From an uncultured Dehalococcoidia bacterium (GTDB lineage: Bacteria; Chloroflexota; Dehalococcoidia; Lucifugimonadales; UBA826), in the NCBI GenBank assembly GCA_964414725.1, contig CAYPXS010000002.1:1-37602 (forward strand): DNA of 37,602 nucleotides, written 5' to 3'. Shown piece by piece: positions 1 to 7,533 of the stretch (position 1 is the stretch's first letter; every line of letters begins with the position of its first letter). The position numbers and the translations under genes were made by a program. The notes beneath the pieces were generated by a model. The model searched no databases, was not told the DNA's origin, and was given only the letters and a program-made list of their open reading frames with translations.

Positions 1-52
1 CATCTCCTTGCCAAGGAGAAGGTCGCGGGTTCGAATCCCGTCTTCCGCTCCA
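1..52 (+). tRNA. tRNA-Gly (anticodon GCC), 5' part cut off by the window edge
   Basis: Anticodon stem TCTCC(3-7)/GGAGA(15-19) encloses the loop TTGCCAA, giving anticodon GCC. The variable loop is AGGTC. The T-arm is GCGGG-TTCGAAT-CCCGT. The acceptor 3' strand is CTTCCGC, followed by discriminator T and an encoded CCA ending at 52. Confidence 0.85.
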
Positions 53-65
53 TATACTTTAGTCA

Positions 66-482
66 TTAAGACTTTTGGAATTGAACCAGCGTCGCATTTT
101 CTGCCATGTCTTCGAAAACAACGGAGACAGGCATATCTATATATACTTCCTTGGGTTCACATCCTACTATTCCTGATGGCATCCTTGGTCCTTCTGCCAG
201 CTCTATTATCGCGTAAATGTGACCGTCTGCTGATTGAAACGATGGATGGACTGACTGTCTAACGTGTGTGTACGTATACACATGACCCTTACCAGACATT
301 TCTTTCCAAGTTAGCTCTTTGGAAAAGCAATTTGGGCATACTTCTCTCGGGTAAAAAAATAGATTAGAGCAGGAATTGCAATAGGGAATTATCAATTCTC
401 TTCGCTTAGCTGCTTCCCAAAAAGGTTTAGTTAAATCTTCGTTTGCAGGAATAGGAACTGGTTTGTCATATGCTGAAGTCAT
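66..482 (-). CDS. DUF35-family Zn-ribbon/OB-fold protein (thiolase-associated partner)
   Basis: 138 aa. It has a four-Cys ribbon (CNSC...CPNC) followed by an OB-fold-like C-terminal half, as is typical of DUF35. A GAGGG Shine-Dalgarno lies about 8 nt upstream of the ATG. It sits directly downstream of the thiolase-fold gene on the same strand. Confidence 0.8.
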   Translation of the reverse strand: MTSAYDKPVPIPANEDLTKPFWEAAKRRELIIPYCNSCSNLFFYPREVCPNCFSKELTWKEMSGKGHVYTYTHVRQSVHPSFQSADGHIYAIIELAEGPRMPSGIVGCEPKEVYIDMPVSVVFEDMAENATLVQFQKS

Positions 483-521
483 CTCAAACCCTCAATAATT
501 GTATTTTGTGATTTAAAGTGT

Positions 522-560
522 GTTCTCAGACCCGAGAACTAGCGAGCACATTTCGCTCGC
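522..560 (-). other. Two adjacent perfect 6-bp stem-loops between the thiolase-fold gene and the DUF35 gene
   Basis: The inverted repeats are GTTCTC(522-527)/GAGAAC(534-539) and GCGAGC(542-547)/GCTCGC(555-560). No T-run follows on the minus-strand transcript, so they do not form a canonical intrinsic terminator. Function is unknown. Confidence 0.5.
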
Positions 561-569
561 CGTGCCCCC

Positions 570-1682
570 TCAACCGTTCACCAAGCATAAGTCGCTTTTT
601 TCCACTTGCCGGGACCCCGCCTTACCCATTATTTGACGCGCACCTTCTATAACGTGTCTAAATCCTCCCGCCAACCCAGGTTGCCCACCTGAAAGTTGAC
701 CTCCATCGGTATTTATCGGGAAATCACCTTTGTATGTGGTGTCTGTCTCCTCATAGAAAGGGCCAATTTCCCCTTTTTCCACCAATCCTGCGTCTTCTAT
801 ACACATGGCGGCTAATATGGTGTAGCAGTCGTAGAATTCTGCAAATTCTATATCGCTAGGAGTATAGCCAGACATTTCTAGGGCTCTTCTTACAGAATCA
901 ACCGCTGGTGTCTCTGTGAATTTATCTCTTTGCCATATATTCGCCTCACCCTGTTTCAGACCTACCCCAAGTACATAGGCGGGTTTGTTTCTCATATTTT
1001 TTGCCCGCTCTGGGGTAGTAATAATTAGAGCTGCAGCACCATCACAAGGCATGACAGATTCCAGCAATTTCAATGGCTCATTTATATATCTTGAATTTAA
1101 AACGTCTTCTTTACTTATAGGCTGTCCGTTGAAAACCGCGTTTTCATTTTCTAATGCGTTGAATCTTTGATCGGCCGCCATTTTGGCCAATTGTTCTTCT
1201 GTAGTGCCATATTCGTGTATATGCCGCTGGTACATCAGGCCGTACCCTGTATTAGCTCCAGGAGCCATGCCATGAGGCTCTTCCCACTCCGAGCGTATAC
1301 TGGGACCTGCAGCCCCACGACCTGCTGGACGACCCGCTCTTTCCGCATCTTGTCGGGAATTTCCCATCACTACCAGTACGGTGTTGCATATTCCACTGCT
1401 GACAGCAGATGTTGCTACCATGGTAGCAGTGGCGCCACTGGCCCCTTGCATGGAAACTCCTGTTGCAAAATTGGGTTTGATATCAAGATATTCAGCCACG
1501 GCAGGAGGGAGTGCAACCCCATCTGTTACTAACCCGTCAATATCATCTTTTGTGATGCCTGCATCCGCAATCGCCAAGCCAGCAGCTTCTGCACACAGGC
1601 CGTACATGCTTCTCCCTTCATAGATACGGCGAGTTGGCACTTCACCGATTCCAACAATAGCTCCTCTTCCTCTAAGGCTCAT
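570..1682 (-). CDS. Thiolase-fold protein (SCP-x/Ltp-like) lacking the canonical Cys nucleophile; possibly C-terminally truncated at a TGA
   Basis: 370 aa with thiolase-superfamily architecture. The position of the NNNCATGS nucleophile motif reads MQGASGAT (Cys replaced by Gly). The GHP histidine motif reads GGQPG. The ORF stops at TGA after ...CLVNG, and the frame continues as GGTASEMCSLVLGSENTL to a TAA at 513-515. Confidence 0.8.
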   Translation of the reverse strand: MSLRGRGAIVGIGEVPTRRIYEGRSMYGLCAEAAGLAIADAGITKDDIDGLVTDGVALPPAVAEYLDIKPNFATGVSMQGASGATATMVATSAVSSGICNTVLVVMGNSRQDAERAGRPAGRGAAGPSIRSEWEEPHGMAPGANTGYGLMYQRHIHEYGTTEEQLAKMAADQRFNALENENAVFNGQPISKEDVLNSRYINEPLKLLESVMPCDGAAALIITTPERAKNMRNKPAYVLGVGLKQGEANIWQRDKFTETPAVDSVRRALEMSGYTPSDIEFAEFYDCYTILAAMCIEDAGLVEKGEIGPFYEETDTTYKGDFPINTDGGQLSGGQPGLAGGFRHVIEGARQIMGKAGSRQVEKSDLCLVNG

Positions 1683-1731
1683 GCATTGACCTCCTACGAT
1701 TCACAACACCAATTATTTTAAGAACAACAGT

Positions 1732-1746
1732 ATAACCTTAGGTTAT
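1732..1746. promoter_or_regulatory. Palindrome ATAACC-tta-GGTTAT upstream of the thiolase-fold operon (possible operator)
   Basis: The palindrome has perfect 6-bp arms and a 3-nt spacer. It lies about 50 nt upstream of the start codon at 1682, in a 149-nt intergenic region. Confidence 0.25.
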
Positions 1747-1831
1747 TGTAAATTTCTCCTCCAACACCCAAATGACGAGCATGCCTTTGCATTTTTATAG
1801 ATCTATATGCTTATCATAAGGATCGATGGGT

Positions 1832-2623
1832 TTAAATTAAACGAGATAAAAAATATACTCCAGCACACAGCATCGAAATACCACCTACCCTAGCAGTCCA
1901 CTCTCCTCTTGGGAAGGCTTTTTCTATAAGGACAAGTACTGCCAGCGAGGCTACCCAAAAAAGGTTCATGACACCAACAGCAAATAGCAATAGCATCATC
2001 ATCCAACAGCAGCCTACACAAAGCAAACCATGTTCCAAACCCATTAACAAGCCACCTTTTCTTCCCCCCTTCCAATTGTTTAGTATGAAGTTCAATGGTG
2101 ACCGGCATCCATTCAGGCATGCTCGCTTTAAAGGGGTTATTTGGTAGAGTCCAGCCATTATGAACAGGGTGCCAGCTAGTGCATCACTATTCGATTCAAG
2201 CATTGTAGATATTAGATTGAAATCCTGGAGGCCTGCCTGCAAAAGTGTTGCGGCCACACTGAAAAATACCCATATGAGTAGGTATCCTGTGATGAATATA
2301 CTGGATAGTATTTTTGCATCTGTTGAACTGCTTTTTTTATGGACAGCACGGGTGTAAATTAATATCATCGGGGTAGCGCTCGGTAGCATCATGCCGACCA
2401 TCATAATTACCCACATTAAGAGCATAGAATAGAGTTCACTTGATGCCCATGGGTTTGTTGAGGCCATACTCATCATATTCCCTGAAGGCATATCGAGAGC
2501 CATATTTGCAAGCCATACCCAAGCTAGGATTGCGATTACTGCTATTCCACCAATTATGATGAATCTATCCCTCTTGGCCGCAGCGAGAGTAGGACTACTT
2601 TTAGAAAAAGAATCTTGGCCCAT
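1832..2623 (-). CDS. DUF2182-family predicted metal-binding integral membrane protein
   Basis: 263 aa with multiple TM helices and Met-rich segments (NMMSMAS, MWVIMMVGMMLP, CVGCCWMMMLLLF). It lies 12 nt downstream of a DUF1326 gene, its usual partner. Confidence 0.7.
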   Translation of the reverse strand: MGQDSFSKSSPTLAAAKRDRFIIIGGIAVIAILAWVWLANMALDMPSGNMMSMASTNPWASSELYSMLLMWVIMMVGMMLPSATPMILIYTRAVHKKSSSTDAKILSSIFITGYLLIWVFFSVAATLLQAGLQDFNLISTMLESNSDALAGTLFIMAGLYQITPLKRACLNGCRSPLNFILNNWKGGRKGGLLMGLEHGLLCVGCCWMMMLLLFAVGVMNLFWVASLAVLVLIEKAFPRGEWTARVGGISMLCAGVYFLSRLI

Positions 2624-2635
2624 TATTTTTAAGGT

Positions 2636-3265
2636 TTAGGCAGTGCCATTCCAGTTAAATGGTGCCATATGTCCGTTGTTACCGCCGTTACTGCTGTCCC
2701 AAGTGATACCAAAAACATCGAAAGCGGTATTTGTGGCTGTGCCCATGGCGAGCCTTGTATTTGCGGGATGCCCAGCATTATCTATATACAATGGTTGTTC
2801 GGCATCAAACATAGAGGGAGTCATTTCAGCACCTATTGAAGCCAATTCTCCAGCTGTAACGGTGAATGACATACTGGCATGCTCCACATTTATTTTTGCC
2901 CTTTCTATACCTGCGAAATTCCCAACCAGCGCTGACGCCATTTCCATTGGCCCTCCAGCATCACCGGAGCAAATTGCTCCTATAGCTTCCACTTGCTGGT
3001 CACTAGCCGATTCATCAATTATCAAACCAACAGTCCAATTACCATCACCCATTGGGCCTTCGGTCAGAACCATTACGATGAATTTGACACCATTTAGTGA
3101 GACATCGCCGAAGTGACCATCGGTGATGGACATTGCTAATGCTGCCTTGCAATTACCATGTGTGGGATCTGCAGCCATATTGGTCAGTATGCAAGGGCAA
3201 ACATAATCGCAATTACAATTTTCAAAATAGTCGCCGCTTATTTTCCACTCTGCTGCTGTTGTCAT
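2636..3265 (-). CDS. DUF1326-family protein (Cys-cluster N-terminus)
   Basis: 209 aa. The N-terminal hallmark YFENCNCDYVCPC is typical of DUF1326. The protein looks soluble and is paired with DUF2182. Confidence 0.7.
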   Translation of the reverse strand: MTTAAEWKISGDYFENCNCDYVCPCILTNMAADPTHGNCKAALAMSITDGHFGDVSLNGVKFIVMVLTEGPMGDGNWTVGLIIDESASDQQVEAIGAICSGDAGGPMEMASALVGNFAGIERAKINVEHASMSFTVTAGELASIGAEMTPSMFDAEQPLYIDNAGHPANTRLAMGTATNTAFDVFGITWDSSNGGNNGHMAPFNWNGTA

Positions 3266-3378
3266 AAATTGCTCCTATTCTATCCTTATGCATATTCCTT
3301 TATGTCGAAAGTAGTCCAATCGTACAATATTTTATGTCTGGGTAGATAGATCTAGTCTGAAATTTCTTGGCCAATCTC

Positions 3379-4224
3379 TCAGGATTCTGCTGTGACGGCT
3401 GCAATAGCGACCAGGTTTGGACCCGCATGGGTCCCAATAACTGGGCCAACTCTGGTTAAGAAAGGGGATTTATTATGAGGGAGTAGTTCTTTGACTGTGG
3501 CTGCTAATTTTTCTGCATCACTTCCATCTGTACTATAAACGATAGCAATATCATCTAATTCCCCGAGCTCTCTCACGGCTTGTTCTAATTTCATCATACC
3601 CATATTTCTTGACCTAGCTTTGCTGAATTGACCAATTTCACCATCCTCTACTCTTAAAATCGGGCGTATTTTTAGAAGGCCACCAATTAAGGATCTGGCT
3701 TTTCCTATTCTCCCACCTTTTTCTAAGTATTCGAGAGTGTCAAATAGAGCAAAAAAATTACTTCTTCTGGCTACTGATTCTGCTACGGCTATGCATTCTT
3801 CTACGGATTTTCCTTCTAAAGCCGCTTGGGCGGCACCAACAGCTGAGAGCCCAACAGTCATTGATACCTGTTGGGTGTCAACAATTCTCACATCCACTGT
3901 ACCGGATAATGTGTTAGCTGCCTGTTGCGCGGAATTTATAGTTCCGCTAAGTTTTGACGATACGTGGACGGAAATGATCACGTCGCCGGGTTGACTGATT
4001 TCCTTGTACACGTCTACAAATTCACCCAATGAGGGCTGCGATGTAGATGGAAAAACATTTCCATTAATCAATTTATCGAAAAATTGATCGGTGTTTAAAT
4101 CGATTCCATCTTTGAACACCGTTTCTCCGAAATGAACGTTTAAGGGCACTATTGTTATCCCAAGATCCTCTGCAATAGCGGCGTCTAAATCTGAAGTGCT
4201 ATCTGTGACTACTTTTATCGCCAT
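3379..4224 (-). CDS. DegV-family fatty-acid-binding protein
   Basis: The N-terminal signature is MAIKVVTDSTSDL, and the length is DegV-like. I prefer the ATG at 4224 (GGAG about 8 nt upstream) over the track's longer start at 4254. Confidence 0.85.
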   Translation of the reverse strand: MAIKVVTDSTSDLDAAIAEDLGITIVPLNVHFGETVFKDGIDLNTDQFFDKLINGNVFPSTSQPSLGEFVDVYKEISQPGDVIISVHVSSKLSGTINSAQQAANTLSGTVDVRIVDTQQVSMTVGLSAVGAAQAALEGKSVEECIAVAESVARRSNFFALFDTLEYLEKGGRIGKARSLIGGLLKIRPILRVEDGEIGQFSKARSRNMGMMKLEQAVRELGELDDIAIVYSTDGSDAEKLAATVKELLPHNKSPFLTRVGPVIGTHAGPNLVAIAAVTAES

Positions 4225-4319
4225 TATTAATCTCCGTTCCCAAATAAACGACATTCTACGCTAATTAGCATGTAAAAATTGAAAATCGCGGTTTTGTCTT
4301 ACTAATATCGGCAACTGTA

Positions 4320-4327
4320 TGTATAAT
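4320..4327 (+). promoter_or_regulatory. Putative -10 element TGTATAAT
   Basis: A perfect TATAAT (4322-4327) is preceded by TG and lies 46 nt upstream of the SD-supported ATG at 4373. Only a weak -35 (TTACTA, 17-nt spacing) is present. The same octamer recurs at 10402-10409. Confidence 0.3.
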
Positions 4328-4372
4328 CGGGCAAAATATTTTATGGCTGTGAGCCAAATTGGAGATAGATCG

Positions 4373-4582
4373 ATGGATTTTGAAGAATTTCTCCAACACT
4401 TTAGGTCTGACGACCTTTCATATGCTCTCAAATCTCTAGAATTGCCAACTACCGGTAATAAACCAGATCGTGTTTCTCGGTTAGTGGACTTGGAAAAAAA
4501 TGGTACTAAAGTCAATCAGATACTGAGAGCTTTCAGGGTGGACGATGTGAAAAGAGCAGCTAAATCAGTTGGATTGATATAG
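4373..4582 (+). CDS. Small SAP/HeH-motif protein (hypothetical)
   Basis: 69 aa counted from the ATG at 4373, which has GGAGA 7 nt upstream. LSYALKSLELPTTGNKPDRVSRLVDL fits the SAP helix-extended-helix pattern (L..L...L....G.K...L..RL). A second HeH-like segment is FRVDDVKRAAKSVGL. The track's start at 4319 lies upstream of the predicted -10 element. Confidence 0.5.
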   Translation: MDFEEFLQHFRSDDLSYALKSLELPTTGNKPDRVSRLVDLEKNGTKVNQILRAFRVDDVKRAAKSVGLI

Positions 4583-4708
4583 GTCTTCCTAAATATCTAA
4601 AAAAATCATTTATTGAAATTCATCTTTCCTGGTCATACTAATTTCCCCGAATTTTCCCGATACCTTGCATGTAATTTCAACACGATGGGGCTTTCGTTAT
4701 ATTTTTTT

Positions 4709-4741
4709 GGTAATAAAAATATGAAATTAGGCAATAAAAAT
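4709..4741 (+). promoter_or_regulatory. Phased direct repeats GGyAATAAAAAT x2 in an AT-rich leader
   Basis: GGTAATAAAAAT (4709-4720) and GGCAATAAAAAT (4730-4741) start 21 nt apart. Related GcAGTAAT (4761-4768) and GGAAGTAAT (4781-4789) elements lie closer to the ATG at 4791. Confidence 0.3.
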
Positions 4742-4790
4742 TACTATATTTATTATAAAGGCAGTAATATTATATAAAAAGGAAGTAATT

Positions 4791-5597
4791 ATGGGCAGGC
4801 CTTTTTCTAATATTACGCAAATTTCTTTGGGTTTCGAAATGTATGCAAGGGGATATCGGCGTACCTCAATTCTGAAGCATTTTCCCGATCAACCTAAACC
4901 AAGTGTAAGGACGTTAGGCAACTGGATTGCTAAATATAGGGAAGTCACTGAGGACAACTTCCGATTAGAGCAGCAGTTTGAATGGCGAGATATGGATACA
5001 TTTTCAATATCTTGGGAGTATGCAGATCTGATCGGTAGGTTAATTTCCCTGGAGGCCTACACACCCTCTGTTAGGCGTGTGAGGTGGTGGTTAAGGGTCA
5101 AACAGATCTATCCACATTATTCGGATAATGTCATTGCAACGTTATCTAATAAATTTATCGTGAATGATCATATGGATTTACTTGGTATATCCGGTTCAGA
5201 TTGGTCCACTTTCTCAGACTTATCTTTCAGTGAAGGCGATACTAAACTTAAATTGATGGTAGGAACGTTCGCGATTTGTTTCTTTGAACTGGATACTAAC
5301 CTCCCGAGCTGGGTTCAAAATGGAGTATTTCTATCTATCATTAGGACTGAAAGCAGGATTTTGGTTGTATGTTCAGATGAAGTGACTCCGGAGACGGCAG
5401 AAGTTAGTCGTGGCTGGTATTGTTTAAAGCATGAAGGAGAGGCGACATCTTGGAAATTAGTGATGGCAAAGACCGTTCCATCTGATCAAATCCAAATATT
5501 CTCTGTTTTAGATACCAATTATCTTCTTACTAAAAATCTAGAAACAATCAAAAGTCGTGGTATCAATATCATTAAAGAAAGTGGCTTCAATAATTAA
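4791..5597 (+). CDS. Hypothetical protein with an N-terminal HTH-like segment and a C-terminal ACT_7 (CASTOR-type ACT)-like domain
   Basis: 268 aa, with AGGAAG 6 nt upstream of the ATG. The N-terminus (YARGYRRTSILKHFPDQPKPSVRTLGNWIAKYRE) looks like a homeodomain/terminase-small-type HTH. The C-terminal 110 aa (FAICFFELD...FLSIIRTESRILVVCSDE...GWYCLKHEG...IFSVLDTNYLLTK) follow the pattern I remember for ACT_7. Both domain calls are made from memory. Confidence 0.55.
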   Translation: MGRPFSNITQISLGFEMYARGYRRTSILKHFPDQPKPSVRTLGNWIAKYREVTEDNFRLEQQFEWRDMDTFSISWEYADLIGRLISLEAYTPSVRRVRWWLRVKQIYPHYSDNVIATLSNKFIVNDHMDLLGISGSDWSTFSDLSFSEGDTKLKLMVGTFAICFFELDTNLPSWVQNGVFLSIIRTESRILVVCSDEVTPETAEVSRGWYCLKHEGEATSWKLVMAKTVPSDQIQIFSVLDTNYLLTKNLETIKSRGINIIKESGFNN

Positions 5598-6187
5598 TTT
5601 GCATCTTCTTCAGAAGGAGCGCCAGGCAAGTCTGTTTTTGAATTAATATGGTCCATAAAAGATTGATAGGCCGATATATATGAAAGCCGGGCCACTCTTT
5701 TGTCATCGAAAATAATGTTGACTTCTCCATACCCAAGAGTTCTACCAAAAAAACCATGTCTGACGGCCATTTCCACCATAGTATCGAATTTCACTTGGTA
5801 TATTTTACTTTTTTGGATCACGGGAAGACCCGCCATGGTGAGATATAGAGAATCGTCAGAAAGATGATATACAGTTTGCCTCCATCTCAGATATCTAGGA
5901 GCTGCTATCAGTGGTGCTAAAAGGATCCCTAGTCCTCCTAATAGGCCGATTTGGAGGTCAACTATAACCAAGCCAATTATCCATATAGCCGATGGCATCA
6001 ACCAAGAGAGATGAGATTGTCTAAAAGAAACGGCCTGCTCTGGAATACTGTCTACTTGCAGGTTGTCCTTAGTTTGTTTTGAGCTCTCGGTACTTTCCTC
6101 ATTTGGGTCACCAATGCTGCCTTGCTCAGAAGTCAAATCGTCTCTATCAGCATCATCAGAACTGCGGTTATTTTGCTCATCGGTCAC
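5594..6187 (-). CDS. Membrane protein with a bacterial PH domain (bPH_2/YdbS-like) and an acidic N-terminal tail
   Basis: 197 aa. A roughly 60-aa Asp/Glu/Ser-rich tail is followed by two TM helices (MPSAIWIIGLVIVDL, IGLLGGLGILLAPLIAA) and then a PH-like module (YRWRQTVYHLSDDSLYL...). The start is a GTG with no clear SD, so the N-terminus is uncertain. Confidence 0.6.
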   Translation of the reverse strand: MTDEQNNRSSDDADRDDLTSEQGSIGDPNEESTESSKQTKDNLQVDSIPEQAVSFRQSHLSWLMPSAIWIIGLVIVDLQIGLLGGLGILLAPLIAAPRYLRWRQTVYHLSDDSLYLTMAGLPVIQKSKIYQVKFDTMVEMAVRHGFFGRTLGYGEVNIIFDDKRVARLSYISAYQSFMDHINSKTDLPGAPSEEDAN

Positions 6188-6240
6188 TTTTACACCAGCT
6201 TTATGAACGTATTTGGAATGTTACAGAAATTACGAGGTTT

Positions 6241-6315
6241 TGGCTCCGCAGGCTGGATTCGAACCAGCGACCGATCGGTTAACAGCCGATTGCTCTACCA
6301 CTGAGCTACTGCGGA
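6241..6315 (-). tRNA. tRNA-Asn (anticodon GTT)
   Basis: The reverse complement folds as a 75-nt cloverleaf. The acceptor is TCCGCAG/CTGCGGA and the D-arm is GCTC-AGTGGTA-GAGC. The anticodon stem ATCGG/CCGAT encloses the loop CTGTTAA. The T-arm is GCTGG-TTCGAAT-CCAGC, followed by discriminator G and an encoded CCA. Confidence 0.95.
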
Positions 6316-6453
6316 ACGTTTGTAGTTTGTTAAGAATGTAGGTTATCGGTTTACCAAACCACTTTCTAGTAAAATCAGCGCTCGTAATTGTCTTTTAAGG
6401 AGACTATCTAGTCAAGAAAGGATGGTTACATAAAACTGAAACTTGGCCCTATA

Positions 6454-7488
6454 TTAACTTTGGTGTATTTGAACTTTTATTGAGCCTGATGATTTGTCAT
6501 ATGCCGTTCTGAATCCGGTGTCTATTTCGGCTAATGAATATCTATGAGTAACTATTTGACTTAATTTGCAGTTATCATCGGATAATATTTCTACTGCACT
6601 TTCGAAATCATGTTGTCCATTTATTATTCCGTAACAGATTGACCCTTGAATAGTTTGTTCCTTCAAAACTGGGCCCGTCCAATCTATCTCATGCTGCCCA
6701 TAAAATACCCCCAATATCACTATGCGGCCCTGCCTCCTGGTTACCTGAATGGCCTGTTTTAAAGTGTTCCCTTTACTGCCGCCCACAGTTTCTATCGTTA
6801 AATCCGCTCCTCTTCCGTTGGTGGCATTGAGCACCATTTCTTCAAATGCATTTTCTGTGGTGATACCTACTGCATCAGCACCCAAAGCTAAGGCCGCGTT
6901 CTTTTGTTGTGGATGTCTAGCAGTAGCAAAGATTTTTCCAGCTCCAAGAGCTTTTGCAGCTGCTACTGCTGTGAGTCCTATAGTTCCGGAACCGAGGATG
7001 GCGACGGTTTCTCCTCCCAGCATTTTTCCTATTCTGACTCCATGTATCGATACAGCTAAAGGTTCTACTAGTGCTCCTTCATCCCAGGTCATATGATCTG
7101 ATAATGCATAGCAGCCTTCAATTTTACGAGTAATATATTCAGCAAAACCGCCACTCATACCAGAAGCTCTGTTAGGACAGTGAATATATTGCCCCTGTCT
7201 GCAATACCAACAATTTTGACAAGCTCTTCCGCTACCTAGTACCTCTACAGCTACTCTTGAGCCAATGTGCTTTTGGTCGACACCGTCTCCTACGGATACT
7301 ATTTCACCCGCGACTTCGTGGCCAGCAGGGTCTGAGTCAGGCCCTGATTTATCTAAATTCATATTCAAATCGGAGCCGCAAATCCCCGTTGATCTGACTT
7401 TTATAAGTGCTTCTCCTGGTCCAGGGGTTAAATCAGGATAATCTTTAACAATCATGGTTCCATTGCCATCATAAAAAGCCGCTTTCAT
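6454..7488 (-). CDS. Zn-dependent alcohol dehydrogenase (MDR family, sorbitol/threonine-DH-like)
   Basis: 344 aa. Motifs present are the catalytic Zn motif GICGSDL...GHEVAGEI, a structural-Zn Cys cluster (CQNCWYCRQGQYIHC) and a GSGTIGL Rossmann motif. Confidence 0.9.
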   Translation of the reverse strand: MKAAFYDGNGTMIVKDYPDLTPGPGEALIKVRSTGICGSDLNMNLDKSGPDSDPAGHEVAGEIVSVGDGVDQKHIGSRVAVEVLGSGRACQNCWYCRQGQYIHCPNRASGMSGGFAEYITRKIEGCYALSDHMTWDEGALVEPLAVSIHGVRIGKMLGGETVAILGSGTIGLTAVAAAKALGAGKIFATARHPQQKNAALALGADAVGITTENAFEEMVLNATNGRGADLTIETVGGSKGNTLKQAIQVTRRQGRIVILGVFYGQHEIDWTGPVLKEQTIQGSICYGIINGQHDFESAVEILSDDNCKLSQIVTHRYSLAEIDTGFRTAYDKSSGSIKVQIHQS

Positions 7489-7533
7489 GTTAAAACTCCT
7501 TTTATTTCAAATCTTATTTATACCAAATATTTC

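Noticed and set aside
8-262. 84-aa plus-strand ORF at the window start
   Set aside because: It begins inside the tRNA-Gly gene and runs antisense to the well-supported DUF35 gene. The Arg/Leu-rich translation shows no family resemblance, so it is a shadow ORF.
570-572. Genome-wide TGA reassignment (code 4/25) or a bona fide selenoprotein
   Set aside because: TGA clearly terminates several well-delimited genes here (14941-14943, 24592-24594, 25077-25079, 27331-27333), so there is no global recoding. The codon is not at a catalytic Cys position, and the downstream hairpin is short (6 bp). A Sec call is therefore not justified without selABC evidence.
4261-4515. 84-aa minus-strand ORF overlapping the SAP/HeH ORF
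   Set aside because: It has no SD or family features. The plus-strand frame has a TATAAT promoter, a GGAGA SD and a recognisable SAP motif.
4261-6315. Integrated mobile or genomic island at tRNA-Asn
   Set aside because: I found no integrase or recombinase, no transposase, and no direct repeat of the tRNA 3' end (e.g. GGATTCGAACC) in 4261-6240. I keep it as an 'orphan islet' finding but do not call a mobile element.
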